Virus record (IMG/VR): IMGVR_UViG_3300032046_000006
Coordinates: 1 to 64,000 of that record
DNA length: 64,000 nt
Reading direction: 5' to 3' (one strand)
Source: a virus
Position numbers and translations under genes: made by a program. The notes under the pieces were generated by a model. That model saw only the letters and a list, made by a program, of their open reading frames with translations, was not told where the DNA came from and did not search any database. Every line of letters starts with the position of its first letter. The first letter of the stretch is position 1. Shown in pieces: positions 1-10,319 of the stretch.

Positions 1-177
1 CCTCATCCCAAACCTTGTATGCCTCATCCCGAGCCTTGTATGCCTCATCCCGAGCCTTGTCTGCCTCATCCCAAGCCTTGTATGCCTCATCCCAAACCTT
101 GTCTGCCTCACCCCAAGCCCTGCATGCCTCATCCCAAGCCTTGTCTGCCTCACCCCAAGCCCTGCATGCCTCATCCA
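1..177. repeat. 21-bp coding tandem repeat, at least 8 units (DEAxKAW heptads on the minus strand)
   Basis: Units such as cctcatcccaagccttgtatg are directly visible. Confidence 0.95.
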
Positions 178-355
178 ATTTCACAAATAATTCTGCTATC
201 GCTTCTTCTGGTAATAACTTAAGTAGGCGTAATCTTATCCCTTGTTCGTTTTTGGGTTTGGTATCTTTTATAGCTTTCACTCGCCCCTCATAATCATAGC
301 ACCATTCAAACATCTCCTTGTGATGAACATGTATTGCCCAACCGGTATTTTTCAT
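1..355 (-). CDS. Heptad-repeat protein, 3' end truncated by the window (MKNTGWAIHVHHKEMFEWCYDY...DEACRAWGEADKAW...)
   Basis: Not in the ORF track; translated by hand. ATG at 355 overlaps the TGA of the upstream gene (ATGA), and the frame stays open to position 1 through the 21-bp repeat. Confidence 0.85.
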   Translation of the reverse strand, partial: MKNTGWAIHVHHKEMFEWCYDYEGRVKAIKDTKPKNEQGIRLRLLKLLPEEAIAELFVKLDEACRAWGEADKAWDEACRAWGEADKVWDEAYKAWDEADKARDEAYKARDEAYKVWDE

Positions 356-597
356 ATAGCCTCCTTATTTTCTTCTTCTTCCATTTCTTTTTTTGCATTT
401 TCTAAAGCCAATTTAACCAATTCCCAGTAAGTAGTCATTGAATAAACAAACATATACAATGATTGCTCATTTGTATCCGCATAATGTAATAATATTGTAG
501 AAAAAAGATTTTCCAATCCTATAAAAAGTTTTTGTAAATCATCCAAATCAGATAAGGTTATGGTTATTGATTTTTTTTCGGCCAATAAATTATCCAT
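352..597 (-). CDS. Hypothetical protein
   Basis: 81 aa ORF translationally coupled to both neighbours. Confidence 0.7.
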   Translation of the reverse strand: MDNLLAEKKSITITLSDLDDLQKLFIGLENLFSTILLHYADTNEQSLYMFVYSMTTYWELVKLALENAKKEMEEEENKEAI

Positions 598-1532
598 TAT
601 TTGCCTTCCATAATTTTTTGATGAATTATTTGATTAAATTTATTGAATCTTGCATTACATCCCGTAATACAATGTTCATCTTTTCCAGGATTTCCTGGCG
701 GGTTTACTTTATCTCGATATAGGTGAGAGCAATAATATTCATGCCCATACTCATCATATAACCTCTCTGTCAAAGAAAGATAGCAAGGAATATGAATATT
801 TTCAGGAAAATAGTTGCCCATTCGTGAATGAGTTTCTAAAAATATTTGCTTCGAAACTTCGTTCATTTCTTCGGAAGCATTAAATAACATATCAATATCT
901 TCTTTAGTTAAAATTAAGTTAATATTCTCTCCTTTATAAAAAGAAACTGAAATTGAAAAAAGTTTAGGAAATTGCTGTTTGCAAAATTGAATAAAATTTT
1001 CTAATCGATAGGTATTTTGATGCGTAGCAGTAAAGCAAACAGAAGTATATTTAACTTGTTCGGAAACTTGCTTAATATGGGAAATTACTATTTTAAAATA
1101 ATCTCCTCCTGTTATTTTATTCCATCGATTTTCGTCATAATCATCAAGAGAGGTTTTGCATCTAAATATCGATTTTAAAGTTTTTTTCTTTGGCATTATC
1201 AATAAATTACTGTTTAATGCAAAACGAGTAATATTTCTATAATTATAGATTTCTTCTTCAAGCCAGTAAACCATCAAAGGTTCTCCTCCTGTAATATGAA
1301 TTATTCCATTCTTACCTGCCTCTTTACAAAGTTTAATAAACAGTAGTCTACTCATATTAGTATGGTTTTTTATTTCTCTACAATAGATACATCTCATATT
1401 GCATCGAGAAGTAATATGCAAAGCATATCTTACAATAATGGGAGTTCTATTTTCTTTTATTGCTAATATGGTTTCTTCTGCTCTTTCGGCAATCCTATCC
1501 CAAAATACATTTGATAAACTATCCATTTTCAA
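597..1532 (-). CDS. Radical SAM protein with Cys-rich C-terminal (SPASM/twitch-like) extension
   Basis: CNMRCIYC (CxxxCxxC), TGGEP motif, C-terminal cysteines. Confidence 0.9.
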   Translation of the reverse strand: MKMDSLSNVFWDRIAERAEETILAIKENRTPIIVRYALHITSRCNMRCIYCREIKNHTNMSRLLFIKLCKEAGKNGIIHITGGEPLMVYWLEEEIYNYRNITRFALNSNLLIMPKKKTLKSIFRCKTSLDDYDENRWNKITGGDYFKIVISHIKQVSEQVKYTSVCFTATHQNTYRLENFIQFCKQQFPKLFSISVSFYKGENINLILTKEDIDMLFNASEEMNEVSKQIFLETHSRMGNYFPENIHIPCYLSLTERLYDEYGHEYYCSHLYRDKVNPPGNPGKDEHCITGCNARFNKFNQIIHQKIMEGK

Positions 1533-1812
1533 CCTCTTTCTTTAATTTATTCGCCTCTCTGATAAATTTATGTACGCATTTATGGCAGGGAATAAATCCT
1601 ATTTTTCCTGTTTTTGTATCATTGACATAATTAAGTGCCTCTTCAAGTTTATTTCCAAATTCTTTTATTCTTTCTTGAGCAGGATTTAAACCAAGCAATT
1701 CTTCAATACTAAAATGAGCAATACAGCATAAAGGAAAGTTATCTCTTAAACCATTTCTGACAACTAATTCTAAAAATCTGCTCATATATTTTATTCTTTT
1801 ATTTTTATTCAT
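1519..1812 (-). CDS. Hypothetical protein with CC and CxxC motifs
   Basis: 97 aa ORF overlapping its neighbours. Confidence 0.65.
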   Translation of the reverse strand: MNKNKRIKYMSRFLELVVRNGLRDNFPLCCIAHFSIEELLGLNPAQERIKEFGNKLEEALNYVNDTKTGKIGFIPCHKCVHKFIREANKLKKEVENG

Positions 1813-2803
1813 TTTTTAATTCCTCTAATAGTAATTTTCCTTGAGAAGTAAGTATTCTGCCCCTCGATGTACGGGAAATTAAATTTTTTCTCATAAGATA
1901 TGGCTCTAATAATTCCACATAGTCCATTCTTTCTACATTTGCTATTACTGATAGTGCTTGTTCTCCTATTGGTTTCCCATTGGTAGAATTTAAATGGGTT
2001 AGAATTTTTAAATCTATATCTGTTATTCCATCCTTTATAATCCTATGGGCTTCAAGAACAGTTTTAATATCTTTACATCCCATAAACAAATCAAAAAATG
2101 CAATCGAAATACGAGGATTATATCGAGAATTAGTAGAAAGAATATCATAATATTCCTCGCATAATTTTACTTTATAAATTTGCTCATTATATTGTTTTAA
2201 AATTAATTTTATATCTTCCGCATTATAATCCTCTAATTGAATTTGTATCTGTATTCTATCGCAAAAGGGTTTAGACTTCCTTAATAAAATCGTTTTTTCA
2301 TTCGTGGCACATATCATTATAAATGGGCGTATCTTCGTTTCATTCAGTTTAAAATCCTCGATAATCGGTAACATAAATTCCAAAATGTTTTTATCTGCGG
2401 AATGTATCTCGTCGATAAATAAAACACTTGGCAACTCGGAATCTTGGTTTTTAATTAAAAAATTATTTAAAGTATCTTGAGTAAAAGAATTACCTATATA
2501 AGAATAGAAATTAAATCTCAAATAATTTTTTATGATTTGTGCTAATGTAGTTTTCCCCATCCCAGCATGACCGGTAATCAAAAAATGAAGAGGCTTTTTA
2601 TTAACTATAACATTAAAAGCAATTCTTACTAATTTCTTGGCTTGAATTTGCCCTATATATTTTTCGAGAGTATCTGGACGATAAATAAATTTGACTGGTT
2701 TAATTTCTTGAACTTGCGTTTCTTCTACCTCTTTTTTAACTTCAAAATGCTCTTTCATATTATCAACAATGGTAGTTATCCCTAAGACGTCTAATATATC
2801 CAT
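1805..2803 (-). CDS. ruvB: RuvB-like AAA+ ATPase (Holliday junction branch-migration motor homolog)
   Basis: RPxTLxxYIGQ, Walker A GHAGMGKT, Walker B LFIDEIH, sensor ATN, DR arginine finger, C-terminal EPYL...RTSRGR winged helix. Confidence 0.88.
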   Translation of the reverse strand: MDILDVLGITTIVDNMKEHFEVKKEVEETQVQEIKPVKFIYRPDTLEKYIGQIQAKKLVRIAFNVIVNKKPLHFLITGHAGMGKTTLAQIIKNYLRFNFYSYIGNSFTQDTLNNFLIKNQDSELPSVLFIDEIHSADKNILEFMLPIIEDFKLNETKIRPFIMICATNEKTILLRKSKPFCDRIQIQIQLEDYNAEDIKLILKQYNEQIYKVKLCEEYYDILSTNSRYNPRISIAFFDLFMGCKDIKTVLEAHRIIKDGITDIDLKILTHLNSTNGKPIGEQALSVIANVERMDYVELLEPYLMRKNLISRTSRGRILTSQGKLLLEELKNE

Positions 2804-2950
2804 TTTATTATCCTTTTAATTTATTAAAATTTATTAATATTGTCAAATAACCAACACAAATATAAATAACTTTTTTTCTAATAAACCAAAACCCAAAACA
2901 TAAAGGTCTATTTATTGCTATCAATAATCTTGCTTCGTTAATTATAACCA

Positions 2951-3208
2951 CTATTCCTCCAATTCTATAAATATATCTTCTTTAGTCCCGATTTTTATTC
3001 CTCTATAATTATCTCTATGGTCAAACCAACTTAAAGAAATATCCACATCATTTTCTAATTCGGAAAATAATTTATCTTTAGTTTTTTGGCTCATTAAAAT
3101 TAGGTTAGGATAGCAATTATTTTTTATTTTAAAAGTTTCAATTTCCCTATCTAAATACTCTAAAAGAGTTCCTATACCCTTGTTTTCTGCCTTATTTTTC
3201 TTCTTCAT
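2951..3208 (-). CDS. Hypothetical protein
   Basis: 85 aa ORF with an upstream purine-rich RBS. Confidence 0.65.
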   Translation of the reverse strand: MKKKNKAENKGIGTLLEYLDREIETFKIKNNCYPNLILMSQKTKDKLFSELENDVDISLSWFDHRDNYRGIKIGTKEDIFIELEE

Positions 3209-3317
3209 AGCCCTTTCCTTGCCCTTATCTTATAAATGGGGCAATAATCTCTTACTTTACCCTATTTAAGCCCCAATTACCCCATTTATTATCCTATTTA
3301 CTTATAAACTATATTTT

Positions 3318-3638
3318 TTAATCTTGAGTATTTCTTGCCTCCATCGATTCATAATCAAATTCTCTTTCAATTCTTCTACGATATATTTTATTTGGTTCTA
3401 ACACCATTTTTCCATGTTCCGAATGAATTAACTCAATCGATTTTGAAGATTTTAAATATAAAGTTCCGTTATCTTCAAATATTTTTACTTCTTCTGCGTT
3501 GGTTATTTCGTGTGTATTAACTCCTTCTCCTTTTAAAAGTATGAAATTTCCTTTTGCTTTAATCTCTTTTGCAGACTCAGGTATTTCCGATACAACTTCC
3601 AAAATGCAATCGCCTTGCTGGGTATGTAATTTAATCAT
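3318..3638 (-). CDS. Conserved phage protein (QQGD...H...H.EH), usual neighbour of DUF6745 proteins
   Basis: Motif pattern and adjacency to the DUF6745 gene; GGAGG RBS. Confidence 0.65.
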   Translation of the reverse strand: MIKLHTQQGDCILEVVSEIPESAKEIKAKGNFILLKGEGVNTHEITNAEEVKIFEDNGTLYLKSSKSIELIHSEHGKMVLEPNKIYRRRIEREFDYESMEARNTQD

Positions 3639-3651
3639 TTATTCCTCCTTT

Positions 3652-4941
3652 TTATGAAACGGTTAATGGTAAATTACTAATTATCTCGGCTTCCTTTGCA
3701 ACATCTATATTATTAAGTTCCTCTCTTTCCACAAGAGAAACAATATATGCCCTCCCATGAATTGCTTTTTTAGTTTCTGGAGGCACTGGTTTAGCATAAA
3801 ATATCCCTTTCATAGAAGCATGTTCATAATAAAGGTATTTCCGTCTAATATTTTGTCCGATAGCCATTTCCATAAGTTTATAATTATATCCTGTATTTGA
3901 GTCAATCCAATCATCAATAATTTTTGCATTACATTTTTTTAACATTCTTTCTGCCCCTATTTTTCTAATAATCTCTCGTTGAATATCTGCATTTGTTTCT
4001 TTTAATGCTAAAGTAGGGTCTATTTTTTCAGCAGGAGTTTCTACCAACCATTGAGGTACTTTTACTCCATTAAGACTATAAATAGAAAATCCATCTGCAT
4101 AAAAAATAGCCGCACCTTTTTCATTATGCAAAACAGAATTAACTATTTTTATATTTGTAGGTTTTTCTGAAACTACCCAAAAATCATCAAAAGGGTATAT
4201 TAGGTTTACATCGGAAGTTTTGAGGTAACTGTTCCATTTTTTCTGATTATCAAATTTTATTTTTAGTACTTCATTACAAAAATTATAAAAAGAAAAATAC
4301 GAACTATCAAAATTTCCGCATAAATAAGGATAAACAAAATTTTTATTCTGCGACCTAACTTGCGACTCAACTTGCGACCAAACTCGCGACCTAACTTGCG
4401 ACTCAACTTGCGACCCAACTTGCGACTCAACTTGCGACCTAACTTGCGACTCAACTTGCGACCAAACTCGCGACCTAACTTGCGACTCAACTTGCGACCC
4501 AACTTGCGACCAAACTTGCGACCCAACTTGCGACCTAACTTGCGACCTAACTCGCGACCTAACTCGCGACCTAACTTGCGACTCAACTTGCGACCTAACT
4601 TGCGACCTAACTTGCGACTCAACTTGCGACTCAACTTGCGACCAAACTTGCGACCCAACTTGCGACCTAACTTGCGACTCAACTTGCGACTCAACTTGCG
4701 TATTATTTTTAATATAAAACCAATCATATAATAAAAGAGTAGCAATCCATGCAGTTAATGGGGAATTCATGAAAATAATTATAGGTCTTTTTTCTTTACC
4801 TAAAACTATTTTATTAAAAATCATAAAATTTTCACTAGCAACTTTTCTATCAATTCTGTTGGTTGACAATCCAATGGTAACCCATTTATCTCTATAAACC
4901 TGTAATTGTTTTTCTTGTTCTGAAGTTAATTTATTTATCAT
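3652..4941 (-). CDS. DUF6745-type protein with an internal (Q/R)VxS tetrapeptide repeat
   Basis: N-terminal KLTxEQ...WxxIGLST; C-terminal [23 protein letters not shown]...NADIQREII pattern. Confidence 0.75.
   Translation of the reverse strand: MINKLTSEQEKQLQVYRDKWVTIGLSTNRIDRKVASENFMIFNKIVLGKEKRPIIIFMNSPLTAWIATLLLYDWFYIKNNTQVESQVESQVRSQVGSQVWSQVESQVESQVRSQVRSQVESQVRSRVRSRVRSQVRSQVGSQVWSQVGSQVESQVRSRVWSQVESQVRSQVESQVGSQVESQVRSRVWSQVESQVRSQNKNFVYPYLCGNFDSSYFSFYNFCNEVLKIKFDNQKKWNSYLKTSDVNLIYPFDDFWVVSEKPTNIKIVNSVLHNEKGAAIFYADGFSIYSLNGVKVPQWLVETPAEKIDPTLALKETNADIQREIIRKIGAERMLKKCNAKIIDDWIDSNTGYNYKLMEMAIGQNIRRKYLYYEHASMKGIFYAKPVPPETKKAIHGRAYIVSLVEREELNNIDVAKEAEIISNLPLTVS
4351..4698. repeat. 12-bp coding tandem repeat, about 29 units
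   Basis: Units cgac(ct/tc/ca/cc)aact(t/c)g. Confidence 0.95.
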
Positions 4942-4943
4942 AT

Positions 4944-5081
4944 TTATTCTCCTATGAGAAATTTTTTAGTAAATAAATATTTGTAATTGGGATTCCCTCG
5001 ACCTTTTAAAGTTTTAAAATAGCATTTTTTACAAGTTATACTATATCTGTCCATTTTTTGATTGCAATTTGGGCATTTCAT
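4944..5081 (-). CDS. Small Zn-finger protein, probably a remnant N-terminal part of a homing endonuclease
   Basis: ATG at 5081 coupled to the upstream stop; CxxC-x10-CxxC plus GNPNYK, resembling the N-terminal module of 35618..36208. Confidence 0.5.
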   Translation of the reverse strand: MKCPNCNQKMDRYSITCKKCYFKTLKGRGNPNYKYLFTKKFLIGE

Positions 5082-5377
5082 TTTATAATAAATCCTTTCC
5101 TTTGCAAAATTTCTTTGTATATGCGATAACAACTATGGGATACATGCCTTTGCACTAATGATAAAGTTTCATCTCCACCCATTTCTTTTAACCATTTATT
5201 TATGTATTCTTCTGCTCTTTTATCAATATCATAAGCAACTATCTCATCTAAATTAGTTATGGTCAATTTCTCTCCACAAAAAGCACAAAATCTTTGACTA
5301 CGAGATTCTGATATTAATTCTATCTCATCTTTTTGAAAATCAGCGCAATGATTATTACAGGTAAATTTTATTATCAT
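5078..5377 (-). CDS. Zn-ribbon hypothetical protein
   Basis: CNNHC and CAFCG motifs. Confidence 0.65.
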   Translation of the reverse strand: MIIKFTCNNHCADFQKDEIELISESRSQRFCAFCGEKLTITNLDEIVAYDIDKRAEEYINKWLKEMGGDETLSLVQRHVSHSCYRIYKEILQRKGFIIK

Positions 5378-5816
5378 TAAATTATCCTCTCTTCTTCATT
5401 TGTAATTAAGTCTTTTATTCTTGCTTGTCTTAATTGTTCTTTATCCATAAGAGCAAGTAAAAATTCTTCCGCTTCTTCCTTTGTATCAAAATTATGGGCT
5501 TCGGGTATTCCGTTAGCTCTAATCAATCCAATCCTAAACATTTTTAATCCCACCCTTTACTTATTTCTATTTTTATATAAAATCTTCGCCCTAATCGGTA
5601 AAAAGAAAATCTAAACCAACCAATATGATAGATTATATGAGTGTATTTTTTCATTTTTTTTATTATAGTTCTTCTACTTCTGTTCCTAAATTAAATTCTT
5701 TGCCACCATTAAAACCAAATGCTCTTGTTTCTCCTGTTTTAGAATAACATTCATCTTCATACCAAAAGAATTGACCTATTTTTAAATTTTTAAATAACAT
5801 TTTATCTTCTCCTTTT

Positions 5817-6896
5817 TTAAAACTCTCCATTAACTCCTAATTGTCCGTTACTTATCTGAATACTTTTCAAATTCCCTTTCTTATCTACTGTTCTTGTTAT
5901 AACTGCGCTTTGTCCTAAAGTATGCTCTAATCTGTCTAATCTTGCATTAGTTTTGACTATTTCTCTTTCTTCGTATGAAGTGCCTAATTTTATAGTAACC
6001 CTAACCCCAGCCTCATCTAACTTGTTTCGGGTTAGGTTATTGCTTATATATGGGCTAATTGTCATTCTTTTTGTATCAATAACCCTAAACTCTGTCTGTA
6101 TTTTATATTGTACTTGTTCTAATTTACTTACTCTATTACTAACATCATCAATTCTATTATTTAATTGAGTATCTGCATTTTTTCTATTTAATACTTCATT
6201 ATCAACATTTTTTTGTAGTGTAGTGTCTCGGCTCTGGCTATTAACATCAACCACATTTATATTGTTTTGTAAAGAATTTCCCATACCAATTCTATTAAAT
6301 TGTTCTGTATCTATATTATCTTGAAGTAAATTATCGCCTAATTGTCTGCTATCTTTTTCTGCATTAATTCCATTTCGTAAAGTAATATCTTCATTTTGTA
6401 AATTGGTAACTGTTATAGGGTCAACATCTTTTCCATTTTCTCCATTAAGTCCGTCAATTCCATTTAAACCGTCTATTCCGTCAAAATAATCAACATTCTT
6501 AACAGGAGTATATCCGTCTAAACCATTTAATCCATCCAAACCATCAATACCATTTAAACCGTCTAAACCGTTTATACCATCAACTCCATTCATTCCATCA
6601 ATTCCGTTTATTCCGTCAATGCCATTTATACCCTGTTCTCCTTGTATTCCCTGTATGCCCTGATGTCCTGTCGCCCCTGTATCTCCTTTATCCCCTTTTT
6701 CACCTTTTAATTCAGGTACATTTTTTATATCTGTCCAATGCCCTACATCGCTATTGCCATTTTGTTTTCCTGTATTAATTAGGATATAACCTTTATTTCC
6801 GTCATTATCATCTTTTACTGTTTCAACTCCATAACTATACGCCAAAGAAGTCAATAAAAATAACCCAATTACTAATATCAATATTTTATTTTTCAT
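5817..6896 (-). CDS. Exported collagen-like/coiled-coil protein
   Basis: Signal peptide MKNKILILVIGLFLLTSLAYS, about 30 Gly-X-Y triplets, trimeric coiled-coil repeats, beta-rich C-terminus ending in Phe. Confidence 0.8.
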   Translation of the reverse strand: MKNKILILVIGLFLLTSLAYSYGVETVKDDNDGNKGYILINTGKQNGNSDVGHWTDIKNVPELKGEKGDKGDTGATGHQGIQGIQGEQGINGIDGINGIDGMNGVDGINGLDGLNGIDGLDGLNGLDGYTPVKNVDYFDGIDGLNGIDGLNGENGKDVDPITVTNLQNEDITLRNGINAEKDSRQLGDNLLQDNIDTEQFNRIGMGNSLQNNINVVDVNSQSRDTTLQKNVDNEVLNRKNADTQLNNRIDDVSNRVSKLEQVQYKIQTEFRVIDTKRMTISPYISNNLTRNKLDEAGVRVTIKLGTSYEEREIVKTNARLDRLEHTLGQSAVITRTVDKKGNLKSIQISNGQLGVNGEF

Positions 6897-7353
6897 CTTC
6901 TTCTCCTTTTTTATATTACTTGTTCAAGTAGTAATCGGTCATTATCCTGCGTTCTTCCATTATTATTTTGTTAATATACTCTAATATTTTTCTAAAAAAT
7001 TTTAACATTATACCTCCTTATTTATTTTTAATAATATCGGCAATTTTATCCTCCAAATCATACCACAAACTATTGCCATTTTTACAATCAAACATTTCTT
7101 CATCGCCCATATACTCGGCAATACTCTCTAAAATATCTATTGCTTTTTCTCTGGCTATTTCTAATCCTTTTCTTTTCATATTATCTGCTCCTTTTAATTA
7201 TTTTTTCTTTAAGTTCTAATAATCTTTCTGCATTGTAAAAAATACATTCGTCTAATGGTAATTCAGGAAGTTTTAATCCAAATTCTCGCCAGATTTTTAA
7301 TGCTTCTTTATAAGTTTTTATTTTATTCATTTTTTATTTCTCCTTTCAATATA

Positions 7354-7383
7354 AGTATAACACACCTAACCCTCATTTGTCAA
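7354..7383 (-). promoter_or_regulatory. sigma70-type early promoter
   Basis: TTGACA-18 nt-TATACT with TG extended -10 on the minus strand. Confidence 0.75.
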
Positions 7384-7509
7384 GGGCTAAAGCAATTTTT
7401 TTATGCCCAGTTTTCTTAATCCTGTCAACTATATCTAACATTTTTATTGCTATTTCTTTTTGCGTCGGGTCAAAATTTCTTTCTTGCCTTAATCTCAAAA
7501 CAGATAATT

Positions 7510-8025
7510 CTAATAAACCCATTTTACGCCTCTCTTTCTTTTTATACATTCAACATGCTTTGTTAATTCTTTTACACTATATTTATATAAATCAATCCCC
7601 AATACCTCAAATGTCGGCTTTATATTATATTGCTTTTCTAAACTTAAAATCTCGGCAACTAGCGGAGCTTTCTCGGTATTAGATTGCGTTATTTCTATTA
7701 TCTTTTCTTCTTTGATTTCTTTTTTCTCTGTCAATAATAATTTCATTTCTTTAATTTTTCTGTGTAAAATAATTCGCTGTTTATCTCCAGAAGGTAAAGA
7801 TAATTTCTCGGCTCTTAAATCTTTTATCTCTTTTTTAATCCGCCTGATTTCTAAAGAGGATTCTTTAATTTCTTTTGGCTTGCCTGGGCTTCCCTTCGGC
7901 CTGCCTCTGCCTCGCTTTATAATAGGAGAAGTATCCCCCAATTCCTGCTTACTATCATTATCAGGAGCAACATTTTTTGTTTCGATAGTATCCGCGGGGG
8001 TTACTTCAATTTCTTTAGTGTCCAT
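7510..8025 (-). CDS. AT-hook DNA-binding/coiled-coil protein
   Basis: KRGRGRPKGS AT-hook motif. Confidence 0.7.
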   Translation of the reverse strand: MDTKEIEVTPADTIETKNVAPDNDSKQELGDTSPIIKRGRGRPKGSPGKPKEIKESSLEIRRIKKEIKDLRAEKLSLPSGDKQRIILHRKIKEMKLLLTEKKEIKEEKIIEITQSNTEKAPLVAEILSLEKQYNIKPTFEVLGIDLYKYSVKELTKHVECIKRKRGVKWVY

Positions 8026-8235
8026 TATATACCTCGCTTTTATATTTCTTTTTGTAAAAGTATCAATTTCTTAAAATCGTTTTTCTTTGTAATTTTAACT
8101 TCGCCAATATCGTTTTTAATAATGATATATCCATAAGTCGCTTTTATTACATCATAAGTCAAATTATTAAATACAACTACATCGCCCACACAAAAACTAT
8201 ATTCTCTTTTCATTTTTAATTCTCCTTTCTAATTA

Positions 8236-8264
8236 AGTATAACATATTATTTATGTTTTGTCAA
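8236..8264 (-). promoter_or_regulatory. sigma70-type early promoter
   Basis: TTGACA-17 nt-TATACT with TG extended -10. Confidence 0.8.
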
Positions 8265-8609
8265 GTATTCATTTTTCCGTCGGAGATTTCTTATTTCTTT
8301 TAAAGTTTTTCTTATAATAAATTTATTTCCCTCAATTATATAATAATGTTTAGGTTTTAAATACTCATCTATACCACCATATATATCAAATTGATTTCTG
8401 GTCAAATCAATTCTATGCTTACCACAAATTAAATAAGTATGATTAACTTTATTTTTTCTTGCTTGATTATTATATTCAAAAAATAAATCCTCATCATTAA
8501 CACTAACATAACCAGCGATTAAAACAGGGTCATATCCTTTTTTCTTTAATCGATTATATGCTTCTTCGCTAACAGGGATACAATTTCCATAAGTATATGT
8601 ATTTTTCAT
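8247..8609 (-). CDS. Hypothetical protein
   Basis: 120 aa ORF with GAGGAG RBS. Confidence 0.65.
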   Translation of the reverse strand: MKNTYTYGNCIPVSEEAYNRLKKKGYDPVLIAGYVSVNDEDLFFEYNNQARKNKVNHTYLICGKHRIDLTRNQFDIYGGIDEYLKPKHYYIIEGNKFIIRKTLKEIRNLRRKNEYLTKHK

Positions 8610-8771
8610 TTTAAAAACTCCTCTAAATCATCTTTACTCTTTTTGAGGTCTTTATATGCCTCTTTTAATTCTCTAAAACTTTCTCGACTCTTATAAATAA
8701 AATATAATTCTATCCTAATAAATGCCCAAATTAAACCTATAATTGATAATATATAGAGTAATTTAATCATT

Positions 8772-9146
8772 TTAACCTTTCATATATAAATTTTCTTTTA
8801 GTGTTTCGTGTCCATCGTCTTTACTGTTTATATATATGGTAATTAAATTTTTTATTTTGCTTACCACTAAAAATAAATCTATATCCTTATTATAATCTAC
8901 CCTATAACAAATCTTCTCTGGCTCTCTGGTTTTATCGTTAAGGTAATACTCAAATATCTGCTCTGGCTCTAAAATAATGCCCTTAATAAACCTCAATATG
9001 CCCTCAATATCTATAATCCTATATTTTATATTGTCGAGACAATGCCCGGAGTGTGTCCATTGCATATCGTTTAATTGCTCGGTTAAAATACTTAACTTAT
9101 GCCAATGCTCTGGCTCGGTATATACTGCCTTATGGTATCGGAGCAT
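8772..9146 (-). CDS. Conserved phage hypothetical protein (possible RelE/DUF4258-like RNase fold)
   Basis: SxH...R, LFLVV...ITIYIN...H pattern; the fold assignment is tentative. Confidence 0.5.
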   Translation of the reverse strand: MLRYHKAVYTEPEHWHKLSILTEQLNDMQWTHSGHCLDNIKYRIIDIEGILRFIKGIILEPEQIFEYYLNDKTREPEKICYRVDYNKDIDLFLVVSKIKNLITIYINSKDDGHETLKENLYMKG

Positions 9147-9322
9147 CTAACCCTTGCCTTTCTTAAAATATAGCCCTTAATCGTTTCAAGGTTCAAATAT
9201 ATTCAGTCAAGTCAATAGTTATATTACCTTATCTTTCTTACCTATTATATAACTGCTTCCTATATGTTATATGTTTTACCTTAAAATAGTTTATCCCTGC
9301 CCTTACTACGCCTTAAAAATAA

Positions 9323-9709
9323 TTACCATTCTATTAGTTCGCCTTCATAACTTAATTTTACAGTATAACCTCTAGGGTCTCCCTGATACTCGATGCTAAA
9401 CTTCGGCTTGATAGCGATTAACTTATTTATTTTATCCTCTATTTTGCTTTGCTCCTCTTGAAATATAGTTACTTCATCATCATTAACATAGGCACTCTTT
9501 ACGCCTTGCCCATATTGACTCTTTGCCCATTCGTCGATGTTACCACTATAATAATGTACCCCATTAACAAACCCCTCACCATTACAATCATTAGCCGCTT
9601 GCCTTTGGTGTTTGAATGCCAATCTTGACACTTTTTTAATCAAATCAAAATCGTCATAATTAAAATCTTTATGCTTCTGCCCAAAATATACACTATGTAA
9701 ATCTAACAT
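9323..9709 (-). CDS. Conserved phage hypothetical protein (QGDPRG motif)
   Basis: 128 aa ORF with GGAGG RBS. Confidence 0.7.
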   Translation of the reverse strand: MLDLHSVYFGQKHKDFNYDDFDLIKKVSRLAFKHQRQAANDCNGEGFVNGVHYYSGNIDEWAKSQYGQGVKSAYVNDDEVTIFQEEQSKIEDKINKLIAIKPKFSIEYQGDPRGYTVKLSYEGELIEW

Positions 9710-9973
9710 TTTACTGCCTCCCTTTCGGTAATGTTTCCATTGTCTCGGCTTATGCTTTCATAGGTTAAGCAATCACCTCTTATTTATTAAATAATCTGTC
9801 TATTTCTTGATTGTGATAGTAAACAATTAAATCCGCTTCTTTATGAGTCAATCCGCAAATAACAGTACGCAAACAACCGCCCTTGGCGTTTACCTCATCG
9901 ATTGCAGAGTAACCATATCGCCTGCCCTCTTCCCAATATCTTTTTTCTTTTTCCATATCTCACCTCCTTTTAT

Positions 9974-10285
9974 TTAAAGATTCCTAAAATAGTGCCCGTT
10001 AGCTTCGCCATAGTCCATCATTATATCTCTAGCTGTCGCCTCCCAGTCAATATGTATATAGACTGGTAAATTTTTAGGTATATCACCGCAAGACTCCAAT
10101 AAATCTTGCGCAAAATCTTCATCGCTTGAAAATTCCCCAGAGTACGCCTCCTCAATATCTGCCGGCTGTACATCACAATCAAAAGCGGATACTATAACAT
10201 CTTCGCCATATTGTTTAATTAAATCCTCCAGCCCACCCCTTCCCAAATCCTTAATACATTGCTTAGCTTGTGTATAAGTTAACAT
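9974..10285 (-). CDS. ardA: Antirestriction protein ArdA (short form, DNA mimic)
   Basis: EEAYSGEFSSDEDFA...YIHIDWEATARDIMMDY...GHYF matches the ArdA C-terminal domain; highly acidic. Confidence 0.85.
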   Translation of the reverse strand: MLTYTQAKQCIKDLGRGGLEDLIKQYGEDVIVSAFDCDVQPADIEEAYSGEFSSDEDFAQDLLESCGDIPKNLPVYIHIDWEATARDIMMDYGEANGHYFRNL

Positions 10286-10319
10286 CTTTAAATCCTCCTT
10301 GTTTTATTGCTTTCATAGG

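Noticed and set aside
15-293. Plus-strand ORFs over the 21-bp repeat
   Set aside because: Shadow frames of a stop-free repeat; the coupled minus-strand frame from 355 is the plausible gene.
4263-4745. Alternative ORFs ([16 protein letters not shown]) over the 12-bp repeat
   Set aside because: Out-of-frame or antisense readings inside the DUF6745 gene.
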